A stretch of DNA of 58,594 bases, the filler included, from Catajapyx aquilonaris (taxonomy: Eukaryota): assembly GCA_000934665.2 (NCBI GenBank). It is 2 parts of 2 records of this genome, joined end to end, with 100 filler letters (N's around TTAATTAATTAA, not from the genome) between each part and the next. Parts side by side here need not be neighbours in the genome. Positions count along the whole stretch, not along the records: positions 1 to 28,510 come from JYFJ02004909.1; 1 more part is not named here. One strand, written 5' to 3'. The first letter of the stretch is position 1. Every line of letters starts with the position of its first letter. The position numbers and the translations under genes are program-made. Under the pieces are notes generated by a model. The model made no database searches. It saw only the letters and a program-made list of their open reading frames with translations, and was not told the DNA's origin. Below, piece by piece: positions 1-12,108 of this stretch.

Positions 1-909
1 ATGACTTGCGGTTCTCCCGATCATCTCTTCTCGACCAAAAAGGAAAATAACTGGAGCGAAGGTCAGGCACTCGCAGCAGGTCCCAGGCGTAACCATGTAT
101 GTTGTTCTATAATAATTATAATTATTAAGAAATACCAGCTAACGAAATAATTTGCATTTTATTTAATTTTCTAGACATCTGCATTTTCATGGTTCACTGG
201 CATATTTTCAATTCAGCGGATATTTTTGGAAAACTTAAATATTGTTTTCAAGTTTTCATATTAACATTAACACTAATTTAAACAAATGTACATCGCGCAT
301 ACGTAAGTACAAGTTCTAGTTTCGTAGATCAGAGGTTCAAAATGAATCGGTTCTATCATTATATCGAGAATATCCGACACAATGTGTAGCAATAATTTTT
401 CTTTGTTATTTTCACGTATGATGGACATGTTACACGAAAGATTTTTCAATTATGAATGACAATGGCTTAGGAAGGGAATAAGAGCCTTTATGCTACTAGG
501 CTAGTTAGATATCGAATGCCATTATCATTAGGATGAAAGAAAAAATGATTTACTACATTTCGCACCAATATCAATACACACTTGCCATATTTCTCGTCTC
601 TATTGTCTCTCATCTCTATTGTAGGCTACATGCCACAACAATAAGCAGGCCCATAACAAAAGAGGAATCAGTTACGTAATTGACATGATTCCACCCAACC
701 CGACCTCATTGGAGCCAATTGCCTTGAGAAGAAGCATTCTGAGAGCACTTCATGTTGAGGTGGAACGCTACGTTTATACGATCGTGAAATTTTAGAAGTT
801 TCATAAACTTTTACTCAAGGATATTTAGAAAGCAATATTTAATTTACTGCCATTGCTACTGCAGGTGATAGACCAAACGGGATCTTCAAAAATCATTAAT
901 TCATCAATA

Positions 910-2427
910 ATGCCATTCCAAATATCCACTGTTTCTCGGGTGGAAAAGGCCAAGGAGTCGGAAGATGCTACGAAGGAGGAAGCTTTTTGGACAGCGTTCA
1001 GACCACTGTCCATCTTGGCCACCTTTGGAGGAATCGCTCCTTGTCCTTGGCCCAGGGAAACCCAGAGTTGGAAGTGGTACCAGCGGTGGCCTGCAATGGT
1101 GCATTTCATTATGTTGGCCACGTACATAGCAGTGTTCATCTGCTTCCCACTAGAAGAGTGGAGTGATCAGAAGCGGAATGACAACGGTGGAACAGAAGGG
1201 GCAGTGTTCCTGGGTGTGCTTGCAGTCATACACGGAGGTCCTTGGATCTGTTACATCCTGGTTCAAGCATCGTTGCCGCAAATATTAAATGTGATCCAGC
1301 GATTCTCTCGACTTACCTTAAACCAGCACGAAAAGACACTACGTCGATGGGCCACCTCGTTGGTTGTCTTTACCATCGTCTCGCCTGTACTTTCCCTCTT
1401 TACGTCCATACTCAAGAATGCCAGCCATGGAGTCCTGCTTGGGCCCAGACACATGTTTGTTGTATTCATGAGGTGGCACAGCTTATTTCTGTTCTACTTA
1501 ATTCCTGCTCTAATAGTATTTTTGGCAAATTTTCTCCGTCTACTGCTTACTGAATTTAGCATTGAAATTACTGAAATATGTGCTTCGCTACGTATGCCTC
1601 CTAATGGACAGAGGAATGATGCCGACAGAATGCGTCAGAAGTTGACCTCTGCTACTGACCTGTTTCAAGAAATTTGCCCATTGGTGGGATCCATGAGCAA
1701 GACTTTCGGAATGTGCATTGTGGGGTTGTACCTCATATTCATCGTGTGGATCACAACTTTGCTATTTATTTTATTTATGATGACACAAGATACTTTATTA
1801 AATATTGCTTTTTTCTTCACCATGGTACGCGACATATCTTCGGCAATTTCATTCACTCACATTTTGGGATCTGTTCCACGTACAGTAAGTATTTTAACAG
1901 TTCAACAATTAAAAATTCCAATATATTCCGACAAAATTACCTGTTCTCTAAGAAAAACACTTGGGACAGGTATTCAGATATTCATTCAGTTTGAAAGAAC
2001 TTGATGGCAATTTGCATTTCAGAGTACAAGTTCATTACCAACCATCGTTTTCGCCAATCGTGTTGTCACTGACCGGAAAATGAAAGCAGATGTAAATATC
2101 CTCTCATTTATTTTTGCAAATACTGTATGTTAGCATAGCATGTTGTCGAACTAATGACCTTATCTCCTAAGCTGGAATCACTGATGCAGATAATGATCAG
2201 CACACCAATGGAGATAACCGCTGCAGATTACTTCACAATCAACAGAGGACTACTCACAGCGGTAAATACATCTGTCGTTTAAAAATAATGGGAGCGAGAT
2301 CAATTACACTGACCATAATATTCATGTACTCTATGTGCACTTTTGTCCCTTACAGGTAGCGGGATCTATAATAACATACCTGATTGTCCTGGCCCAATTC
2401 AGAGATGCAGAAAAGTCCAGTGAATAA
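910..2427 (+). CDS. Gustatory receptor GR-1 (7TM chemoreceptor), ~401 aa
   Basis: Exons 910-1884, 2023-2091, 2172-2261, 2356-2427, all GT..AG phase-0 introns. Multiple hydrophobic segments; exon 3 LESLMQIMISTPMEITAADYFTINRGLLTA; last exon VAGSIITYLIVLAQF matches the GR TYhhhhhQF motif. Start ATG inferred from MPF shared with GR-8. Confidence 0.9.
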
Positions 2428-2479
2428 TCCTAATGTATCAGTGAAACCTTTGAGCAATTCCATACCTAATGCAAGGTAT

Positions 2480-2690
2480 ATTGGGGATCCATGAGAAGAA
2501 CTATTGGAATGTGTTGGTGGTCTTGTCCTTATACTAATCGTATGGGTCGCAGACTTGCTCTTTTATTTATATCAGGTGAAACTCGGCACTTTCCTTACTG
2601 TGGCAAGTGTCATCATCATTGGTCTTCATCAGCAATAATTATTGCATTCACTCTCATTGTGTGATCGATTCCAAGGATTTGTAAGAATTT
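2480..2690 (+). pseudogene. Degraded GR fragment (3' end of exon 1, GR-1 type)
   Basis: ggatccatgagaagaactattggaatgtg... aligns by eye to GR-1 ~1687-1890 (ggatccatgagcaagactttcggaatgtg...) with indels and stops, ending at a gtaag donor remnant. Confidence 0.65.
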
Positions 2691-3150
2691 TTACCGACAC
2701 TTCTCTGAATTTGAAGCCTTATCCCAGTATAATAATAATAATAATAATAATCCGGGGTAGTGCTTGACCTCATCTGAGGTATGCAGCACGGACCTTTATT
2801 TATTATGTCAAGTACATTTGGAGCCTTTATACGTAGCGCCCGGGCCCACGGGCAGGATGACAGGAGGGGATGTGCAAGGTGCAGTGCAATGTCTTTATGT
2901 GGCCATTTTTAGTGAACTCCCCCGGGTGGTTTAGTCTGTAGGAAATACCACCCGAGACGAAGCCAGAGGTGACCCAATGAACTCTGCACGTTATCCCAGT
3001 ATTGAACCTGGCGCAAGGGCAGTGAATCATTTTAAACAAATATGAGTCTCATAAATCAACACTTTATTGTTGTTTTGCTATTCATAAGGGCGTAGTCATC
3101 TCCGAAGCAACAATCAATGAGCGTCTGCTGGTATTGGACAAACTTTGTAA

Positions 3151-4641
3151 ATGGCAGTGCAGAAAAAGAGAGTGAGCAAAATGGTTGGCAGGAATAGTGC
3201 AGTCATGTCAGTAGAGGAGGTCAAACGAGATGACCACATTTCAGAGAATGAAGAAGCGTTTTGGACAGCGTTTAGACCACTGTCCATCTTGGCCACCTTT
3301 GGAGGAATCGCTCCTTGTCCTTGGCCCAGGAAAGATCCCAATAGGAAGTGGTACCAAAGGTGGCCTGCAATGGTCCACTTCATTTTATTCATTGCATACA
3401 TTGCAATATTGTTCTGGAATCCGCCCGAGAATTGGCGCAATATCAGTAAATTGAGTGCGACATGTAAATGGGCTCATACGATTATGGACGCGGCATCCTT
3501 ATGTGGTCCCTGGATGAGCTACATTGTGATCCAACCAAGCGTGTCATTAGTGTGGAAGTTGATTCACCGATTCTCCCGGCTTAATATCACCAAACACAAG
3601 AAGACATTGAAAAAATGGTCCATGATGTTACTGGCAATTAACCTCTTGTTTCCCTCGCTGAATTTCTTATCTAATCTGATAGAATCCTCCCAACAATGGG
3701 AACTAAGCAATTTAGTTGAATACTTATTTCTATTGCATTGTGACTTTCTGTTTGCCCTGGTCCTCTTCCAAGTGACATATCTGGCCATTGTTGTCCGGCT
3801 TCTGCTGAAAGACATTGCTGACGAATTAATTCTGGTATCAGACTCAATATGTTCGTCCAAAGAGGAAGAAACAATGCGAACGATTGACATGCTTGCCACT
3901 TTAAAGTCCTGCTCTGAGCAGTATTACGAGCTGTGCATTTTAGTGGAAAAGATGGACTCTCTTTACGGAATGTCTATTTTGGCTAATTACGTGATGTTTT
4001 TCACGTGGAGCACAAGCTACCTCTTCCTCAAAGTTTTGGTCCATTCAGACACCACAACTCTTCAGCTACTCTCGAATGTTGTGGTCGGAGTCGTCATATG
4101 TTTGACGATATTTTTCACCATCATAATAGGGTCAATATCCCAGCAGGTAAGTAGACCACTTTCCTATTAATATAACTTGAAATCTTCCATGGTTTTACTA
4201 TTTTAGAGCACCCTGCCATTGACTCATCTGATTCGTGCAAATGTCTTTGCTACCAATCCGAGTATCAAGGCTCACGTAAGTTGTCGTTAATATGATTGTG
4301 CTAATATCGCGTAATTATCCTGGTTATCAAGAGTACATGACTCAGGAAGTGAGTTAATAATTATCTTTCTCCAATTCAGATAGAAGGATTCATTCAGAAA
4401 ATGTCTGGTCCTCCCATCCAGATAACTGCAGCTGGTTACTTCGCTGTCAACCGTGGTCTGCTGACAGCCGTAAGTGGTGTTGACAAAAATATCGCAATAA
4501 TTATTTTACCCAAAAATTAATAACGGCCAATTTCAGTTTGCTGGCTCTATGACCACGTATCTGATAGTTCTGGGACAGTTCAAGGCCACGGAATCAGAAG
4601 TCGGTGAAAATCATCAGGAAGTTCACTTTGGTGAATCTTAA
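3151..4641 (+). CDS. Gustatory receptor GR-2, ~419 aa
   Basis: Exons 3151-4146, 4207-4275, 4380-4469, 4537-4641, phase-0 GT..AG introns. Ends FAGSMTTYLIVLGQFKATESEVGENHQEVHFGES*. Start could alternatively be ATG 3181. Confidence 0.9.
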
Positions 4642-5180
4642 ACGTTGCCTAACTATATTGTGAGCAAGTATGATTTTAGGAATGTAAAAATGTTCTGACG
4701 CTAAGAAATACCAGTGTTCATAATATTATAATTATCTAATACACTAATACACGCATACTATGTAAATTAGGTATACGTATGCACATGACGGAGGTGACAT
4801 TTGCTGTGTGTATTGTAGGTCATGCACAGCATTTTATAGTCGTCTGAATCACACAGTTTAATAAAATTTAATAAAATCTAAATCATCCAAAGAGAAAAAT
4901 GAAATATGAGTGTTGCACAAACATCGCAAATAGCAACGAAAGTAGCGAAAATGGTGAGATCAAAACAGGCATTGTTCAAAGTGACACTTGACAAAAAGGA
5001 CGATATATTGAACAAGGGGACAATCTACACAAAAGTGGGTCACATAAGTCATAACGAACACTGTATTGTTCTTTCGCTATTCATAAGGGCGTAGTCACCT
5101 CCGAAGCGACAATCAATGAACGCCTGCTAGTATATGACAAACTTTGCAATGAGTACGTCCAGAAAAAGAGACTGAACAAA

Positions 5181-5540
5181 ATGGCTGGCAGGAATAGTGC
5201 AGTCATGTCAGTAGAAGAGGTCAAACGTGATGACCACACTTCAGCGAATGAAAAAGCGCTTTGGACCGCGTTCAGACCACTGTCCATCTTGGCCACCTTT
5301 GGAGGAATCGCTCCTTGTCCTTGGCCCAGGAAAGGGCAGAGTTGGAAGTGGTACCAACGGTGGCCCACACTGGTGCACTTCATTTTCATGATTATACACA
5401 TATTTCAATATTGTTCTGGATTCCGCTTGATGACTGGCGCGACATCAGTCATCAGTCCGACAAGGAAATGGGCTTGGACAATAATGGATGCGCCAGCGTT
5501 AGTCGGTCCCTTGATAAGCTACATTCTGATCCAGCCAATC
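5181..5540 (+). pseudogene. Truncated, frameshifted GR (GR-3psi), 5' part of exon 1 only
   Basis: MAGRNSAVMSVEEVKRDD..LWTAFRPLSILATFGG is close to GR-2. Frame is disrupted around 5390-5460 and homology stops at ~5540, where the GR-4 upstream element begins. Confidence 0.85.
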
Positions 5541-5795
5541 TGAATCATCTATGTCATAATGTAAACCAGCTCATAACAATGTGTACTCTCCTGTTGCGCT
5601 GTATTCTATTGTAATCGCATGCAATTATTCACCCTTATTGTTCGGTACTTTATGACATAACCTTATTGTTAATCGCGGGTGGAGCCGGAGTTGACCCAAG
5701 GTAGCATTATTCGAAGGGACAGTCAATATACGCCTGGATCAGTGCATCGGACAAATTTTGCAAAGAGTATAGTGCAACAAAAGACAGTGGGCGAA

Positions 5796-7206
5796 ATGGT
5801 CCGAAGGAATCATATGGTCATCTCAGTGGAGGAGGTCAAACGGGATTCAGAGGAAGAAGACGCATTTTGGACCGCGTTTAGGCCACTGTGCATCTTGGCC
5901 ACCTTTGGAGGAACTGCTCCTTGTCCTTGGCCTAGGAAAGAGCAGAATTGGAAGTGGTACCAACGGTGGCCTACACTGGTGCACTTCATTTTCTTTATTG
6001 CATACATTGCAATATTGTTCCTGAATCCGCCCGAGGAGTGGAGCGATCGAAGTAAATCGAGTCCTACAATTAAATGGGCTATGACAATTATGGACACAGC
6101 ACCTTTGGTCGGTCCCTGGATGAGCTACATTTTGATTCAACCAAGTGTGTCCAAAATATGGAAGCTGCTTCACCGATTCTCACGGCTGAATATCATCAAA
6201 CACAAGAAGACATTGAAAACCTGGTCGATGGTTTTACTGGCAATTAACCTCTTGTTACCCTCGCTAGACATCTTATCTTATCTGTTTGAACGCTCCCAAC
6301 AATGGGAACTAAGCAGTTTAGTTAAATTATTACTTCTCTCGCATTGTGACTTTGTGTTTGCCCTGGTCCCCGTCCAAATGACATATCTGGCCATTGTCGT
6401 CCGGCTGCTTCTGAAGGACATTGCTGACAAATTAATGCTGGTGTCCGACTCAATATGTTCGTCCGAAAATGAGCAAAAAATGCGAGCGATTGACATCCAG
6501 ACCACTTTGAAGTCCTGCTCTGGGCAGTTTTACGAGCTGTGCATTTTAGTGGAAAATATGGACTCTATTTACGGATTGTCCATTTTGGTCACTTATGTTG
6601 TGTTTTTCACTAGGAGCACAAGCTTCGTTTTCCTTACGATTTTGGTCCCTTCAGACACCACGACATTTCAGCTGCTGTCAAATGTGATCATGGGAACCAA
6701 CCTATGCTGTGGTATATTTTTCACCATCATACTGGGGTCAATATCACATCAGGTAAGTAAATCTCTCTCTCACATGTCAGTTTAATGAGATATTATTGTC
6801 ATCGTTTGACTATTTCAGAGCACTCTGTCCTTGACTCATCTGATTCGTGCAAATGTCACTGTCACCAATCCGAGTATCAAGGCACACGTAAGTTGTCGAT
6901 GATACGCTACAAATCGACTGAATAATAAATTGTCATGTTTGTGGCAAGAATTGAGTTAACCATATAGCCTTCTTCCTATTCAGCTAGAAGGATTCATTCA
7001 GAAGATGTCTGGTCCTCCGATCAGAATATCTGCAGCACGTTACTTCACTGTCAACCGAGGTTTGCTGACAGCCGTAAGTCATGGTGACAATTTTTTGCAA
7101 TACTGTAGTGATAATGCCAAATATTAATTACGGACGTTTTCAGGTTGCCGGCTCTGTCACCACGTATCTGATAGTCCTCGTACAGTTCAAGGTCACAGAA
7201 TCATAA
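5796..7206 (+). CDS. Gustatory receptor GR-4, ~392 aa
   Basis: Exons 5796-6752, 6819-6887, 6984-7073, 7144-7206; phase-0 introns; ends VAGSVTTYLIVLVQFKVTES*. Confidence 0.88.
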
Positions 7207-7414
7207 GTCGGTTAAAATCACGAGGAAGTACACTTTGGTGAATCTTAAAATATGCATCTTACTCCCGATACATTTTGACCAAGTTTGACTATCATCGCTT
7301 AAAAGTGTGTGAGTGCAAATAAGCTTCTGGTGTTAAAAATACCAAAGAGTGAAAAATGTTTCATAACAATATTATTTCAATCAAAATGGAACCGAGTGTT
7401 ACCACAGTATTATA

Positions 7415-8333
7415 CAGGGTGATCCAACTTTATGGCACCAGTAGTTATTGGAAAATTCGCGCAAGCTGCTTGTTTATAAGCAGGTCGTTGCTAAGAGATG
7501 CTTTCTGGCTCTTTCTGGAGAATCGGGAATAGCACCTACTGATATTAGGTCTAATGCCCATGTAACAATATTAATGAGGGAAAAAAGGGTTCTCCGTGGG
7601 AAACAGGCTGTTCTGGTGTTCGCTGGAGGGTTTCACATGAGGTCACTAGCTGCCAAACCACAGGCCCAATCCGTCGGAACTGGACAGACCCGGGTGTGTC
7701 AATAAATAGGCCTTCTGGTCTGTTCATTGTTGGCCGCAGTTGGCGCAACTGAGATAGGTCAACAGGCAGCGTTGTTTAGTTACCAGTAAATAAATAGTTC
7801 TTGTAGAGTCAGGACCAGGACATGCCTTACTCAGGGGGCCTGTTTGAGGGCCGCCCAAGGGCTTGTAGGGTTCTAACAGTACAGTCTGCATTGGGCATTC
7901 TCTCATTAATTGGTACATGTATGGGCATTGGACCTAATATCAGCAGGTGCTAAGACTGGTAACTAAACAACGCTGCTTGTGCAGTTGACCTGTCTCAGTT
8001 GCCCCAACTGTGGCCAACAATGAACGGACCAGAAGGCCTATTTATTGACACACCCGGGTCTGTCCAGTTCCGACGGATTGGGCCTGTGGTTTGGCAGCTA
8101 GTGACCTCATGTGAAACCATCCAGCGAACACCAGAACAGGCCTGTTTCCCACGGATGACCCTTTTTTCCCTCATTAATATTGTTACATGGGCATTGGACC
8201 TAATATCAGCAGGTGCTATTCCCGATTCTCCAGAAAGAGCCAGAAAGCATCTCTTAGCAACGACCTGCTTATAAACAAGCAGCTTGCGCGATTTTTCCAA
8301 TAACTACTGGTGCCATAGAGTTGGATCACCCTG
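7415..8333. mobile_element. 919-bp non-autonomous fold-back DNA transposon (CAGGGTG termini, probably Tc1/mariner-related)
   Basis: ~375-bp near-perfect inverted arms (7415-7787 vs 7955-8333) flanked by TATA on both sides. The paralogous empty site after GR-5 (~13711-13731) reads accacagtatTATAatactc. Confidence 0.9.
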
Positions 8334-9651
8334 TATAATACTCATGACACAAATTATGTCACAATTCATTCAACGTCCTTCGTGACACATACACTCTTAT
8401 TACTCGTTGCTTTCTATTGTAATAGCATGTCATTCATCACCCGTACTCTTGTGCACTTTTTGACCCCACCTAAATGTTGATTATGGGTGTTGCTCGAGTG
8501 CAGTACCTTTTACATTTTACGCATGTGCAAGGTAATCATAAAATTTGTGTTGCACAATTTGTTGCTCTGTTGGTGCCAGTATTTACAATATTTCGTTGTA
8601 AATAATATTGTTGGTGTTGTTACTTGTAAGTCAGATTCAGACAGTAAACAGCTCTGTGACTAGCGTTACAGAAATATTTAGTCACCCACACTCATCGGGA
8701 TTAGGCTTTTTTGTGGATTCAGTATCATACCAGGAAAGAAAGGGAGGGACAATTTTTTGTCCAGGCGAACACTGTACTATAACTAGTATACCATTGGACA
8801 AGCTTCTCTCTATGCAAATGTCAAGTATTCCATTAATTTGCCACCAGGGGCTGGCCTCACTTTCGCCAACCTCGTCGTCACCGACCACAAAATAAATGCA
8901 AATTTAGTATTAATTAGGGCCACAGGGTCACATAAAGGGTCCGTGGCCGTAGGTTGAAGTGACTAAGGAGATGGCACTTATTAGTAGAGTCCGAATTTTT
9001 AGGCACGAAAAAACCCAGACATAGGCACGAAAAAACCTCAAATAGGCTCAAAAAACTTTTTTGGGCACATTGAGGATAATATTACAAAAAATAAAAAGCC
9101 AGAATAATTTTATGGGCCTACAGTATAAATATAAGGTCTCAAACCAGAGCAAAAGTCGAATAACAATGATAAACTGACAGAAAACCCAAAAAACTTGGGC
9201 AAAAGACTCAAAATGTAAGCAAGTATCACTTATTGCTCTGGACTCTACAGCTTATAGCCAGTTTCCACTTGCACCAGACTTGCACAATATGTTTCCCAAT
9301 ATTTTTCCAATCAGAGAAAATTTAAAAAACTATTTGGCATACATGTGTCACAGAAACATGTTCCGTATTACTTCTGAACGATTTTGGTCCTTCCATGAGC
9401 ACAAGAAAATACCCGTCTAAAAACCAAACATGACTCAGAAGGAATTGCAATAACTGAATGATGCACGTTAATAAATAGAAAAAAATGCCAAGGTACTCAC
9501 TGTCATCTGTGGTTTCTTTTGCTTGCCAGCCAATTGCTTCTGCAGCAGCAATAGAAGTGCATCATGAGGGCACTAAAATCATCATTGTTGAGTCTGTTTA
9601 AAAATATATTGAAAGTATGTATTAAAAGTTGAGCATTGTCATATGTGATTC

Positions 9652-9745
9652 GGTTTTGAAACCAGCAATGCTGGTCTGCTGGGAATTGGGCAATTGGCAC
9701 TGTTTTGCTGGTACCAGCATGCTGGTGTTTGCTGGTTTCAAAACC
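9652..9745. repeat. Small fold-back (17-bp perfect inverted repeat), probable MITE remnant
   Basis: ggttttgaaaccagcaa ... ttgctggtttcaaaacc with internal accagca/tgctggt sub-repeats. Confidence 0.6.
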
Positions 9746-10759
9746 AGGTCATTATGTCAGGTCTAAAATCAGGAAAAAATACCTGATTCCAAGAATGCGA
9801 TCCGTTTATCTCTGAGACGAAGGGTAATGAAAGGGGAAGAGAAGAAAATCGGGGGAAAAAATTAGAGGTCTGATCGAGCGTGGCGCCGCTCTTCCCCCCC
9901 TCGGCCACCGGGCGAAGTTGGATACGGATCCCAGCATCAGATCCCCATAACTAAATGCCCGGAGGGATGGACTGGAAGGCGACTATTTTAACACTTGCGC
10001 AGGGCGTGCGGGAGCAACAGATGTAGGCCATCGGTAAACAATTAGGGGCCAAGCAAAGGCGAGGTCCGAAAAGTCACACCTCGGTGACAACGTATGCATT
10101 GGCAGCGGCTTCCACTAGCACAACGTATCTCTGCACCCCTATAATTAGCCATAATGTTTAACTATATGAACATCACACTTCAGTTCCTCTTACAAGGGAA
10201 GCCCGCGATCTTAGATCAACAGATTTGGACGAAAATCGCTCAGTAGGTATGCACACATCAGTAGTAGGCCTATACTTTTCATCCACTCAAACCCCCTTCT
10301 TTCGCCTCATTGATTTACATCATAACAGTTATTATTGTCGACGTGGTTGCTTTTTGCTCTATTTCTGGAATGAAAGGGGTGCTTAATGTCCAGGATTGTA
10401 CCATAGTAAATTCACAATAACACACGTCTTGGTATTTGGACTAATTTGTGGATTCAGTGGATTCAGTACAAGGAAAAAAAGAAAAAATAATTTAGTTGTG
10501 GCCAACAGCATAAAATAACGTCAAACTAACCTCAGTTTCTCTGCATGCATATGCCATAAATGCCGTTATAAATATGCTGCTGACCGCTCTATAACTGACA
10601 CCATTTCGCACTGGAAGGTTCAATGCATGATTGTTAATGACTTCAGTAAGTAACAGTTGGAAGAAGAATAATGATGTCAATGTTTCAAGAAAAACGCTTC
10701 ATTATGTTTTTTATGTGTCGTAATTGATCCATTTAGCTCGAAAGGGTTTCGAGGTCGTT

Positions 10760-10930
10760 TAGAAACAGAATATATCTAAACTCATAGAGTCACGGTCGAA
10801 AGGGACTCATACGATTATGGTGATACGAATATCTACTCTGATTCGGGTTGGAGAAGCCAAGTAGCCAGAAGACAATGCGAAGGAAAAGGAATAAGCATTT
10901 TGGACATTGTTCATACTCCTAGTACCCATC
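10760..10930 (+). pseudogene. GR 5' relic (GR-6-type N-terminus)
   Basis: atggtgatacgaatatctactctgattcgggttggagaagcc...gcattttggacattgttc aligns to GR-6 ~14770-14945 with in-frame stops. It joins directly at catctt to sequence matching GR-6's downstream spacer (~16347). Confidence 0.7.
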
Positions 10931-11188
10931 TTCGAATGTCTGGTGTGGAGTGGAGGTGAAGAGGTCGCCTAATCCCTTTTTTGAGAAGGTACGCTCTGGG
11001 TACTGTAGGGCATGCACAGCGTTTTATAGACTAGTGACGAGGTCGTCTGGAACACAAAGTTTAATACAATTTCATGAAATCTCAATCATCCAAAGAGTAA
11101 AAATGAAAAATGAGTTCTGCACAAACATCAAAAATTTAGCACCGAGGAATTAAATTACTTAGTTTTTTATTAACATTCACAATTTCAA

Positions 11189-11248
11189 GTTGCTGGCTCT
11201 GTGACCACATATATGATAGTACTCGCACAGTTCAAGGTCACGGAATAA
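11189..11248 (+). pseudogene. Orphan GR terminal exon
   Basis: Encodes VAGSVTTYMIVLAQFKVTE*. The in-frame acceptor is mutated (tttcaa instead of tttcag) and there are no upstream GR exons nearby. Confidence 0.8.
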
Positions 11249-11648
11249 CAATGATATCAATCTGAATCCAAATGAGCTCGAGAATTGCCATTATCATAAT
11301 TATTATGAGAGTCAATATATCTCATAATGTAAACCCGCTCATAACAATGTGTACTCTCCTGTTGCGCTGTATTCTATTGTAATCGCATGCAATTATTCAC
11401 CCTTATTGTTCGGTACTTTATGACATAACCCTATTGTTGATCGCGGGTGGAGCCGGAGTTGACCCAAGGTAGCATTATAATAATGTCCAATTCATGACAA
11501 AATAACTTAGGCGCACCTTTGTGCCTGAAGTGCTGCTCGGTACAATACGTCATCGTAACAATCGTTAGAGAATTGTTATAACTTCACAATGGGTATAGGA
11601 AAGCCCACCTACAACACAATGCCAGTGAAGCAGAAGGTTTTTGCACAA

Positions 11649-11790
11649 GGGGGTAATCACTCGACTGAAAAGTGTACACTGGAGTACCAAATTCAAGGAG
11701 TACCACGGAGAAATAAAGAGTGAGGTGCCTGAGGAGTACCAGGGAGTACCACTCCCAGGTGTACACCGGAGTACCGAAGTGATTACCCCC
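11649..11790. repeat. Small inverted-repeat element upstream of GR-5
   Basis: gggggtaatcact ... agtgattaccccc termini with internal ggagtacc repeats; not seen in the paralogous GR-7 upstream region. Confidence 0.5.
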
Positions 11791-12108
11791 CATGTTTTTG
11801 CAAAAACGGTTTTACATGCTTCTGCTCTTATTCTTGTACTGATATTCTGGCAATATCAAACTGGTTTCTTTTCTTTCAAATGGTTGTTGGTATTTGATGC
11901 ATACCCAACTTGTGAACTTGAATCGTTCCAAACAAATGTGATGACTCACATTTGTTTGGAACCATTCAAGTCATAAATCAACATTTTAACGTTGTTTTCT
12001 TATTCATAAGGGCGTAGTCACATTCGAAGGGACAGTCAATATACGCCTGGATCAGTGCATCGGACAAATTTTGCAAAGAGTATAGTGCAACAAAAGACAG
12101 TGGGCGAA

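Noticed and set aside
1..110. Possible - strand exon or ORF start at the window edge
   Set aside because: Too short; no recognisable homology
1885..2004. C-terminal extensions of the long GR ORFs in the ORF track (same for the other GRs)
   Set aside because: Read-through into intron 1; GTAAG donors and downstream exons give the proper GR C-terminus
7448..8300. Mirror-image ORFs MENSRKLL../MEKSRKLL..
   Set aside because: Produced by the inverted arms of the fold-back element; no transposase motifs
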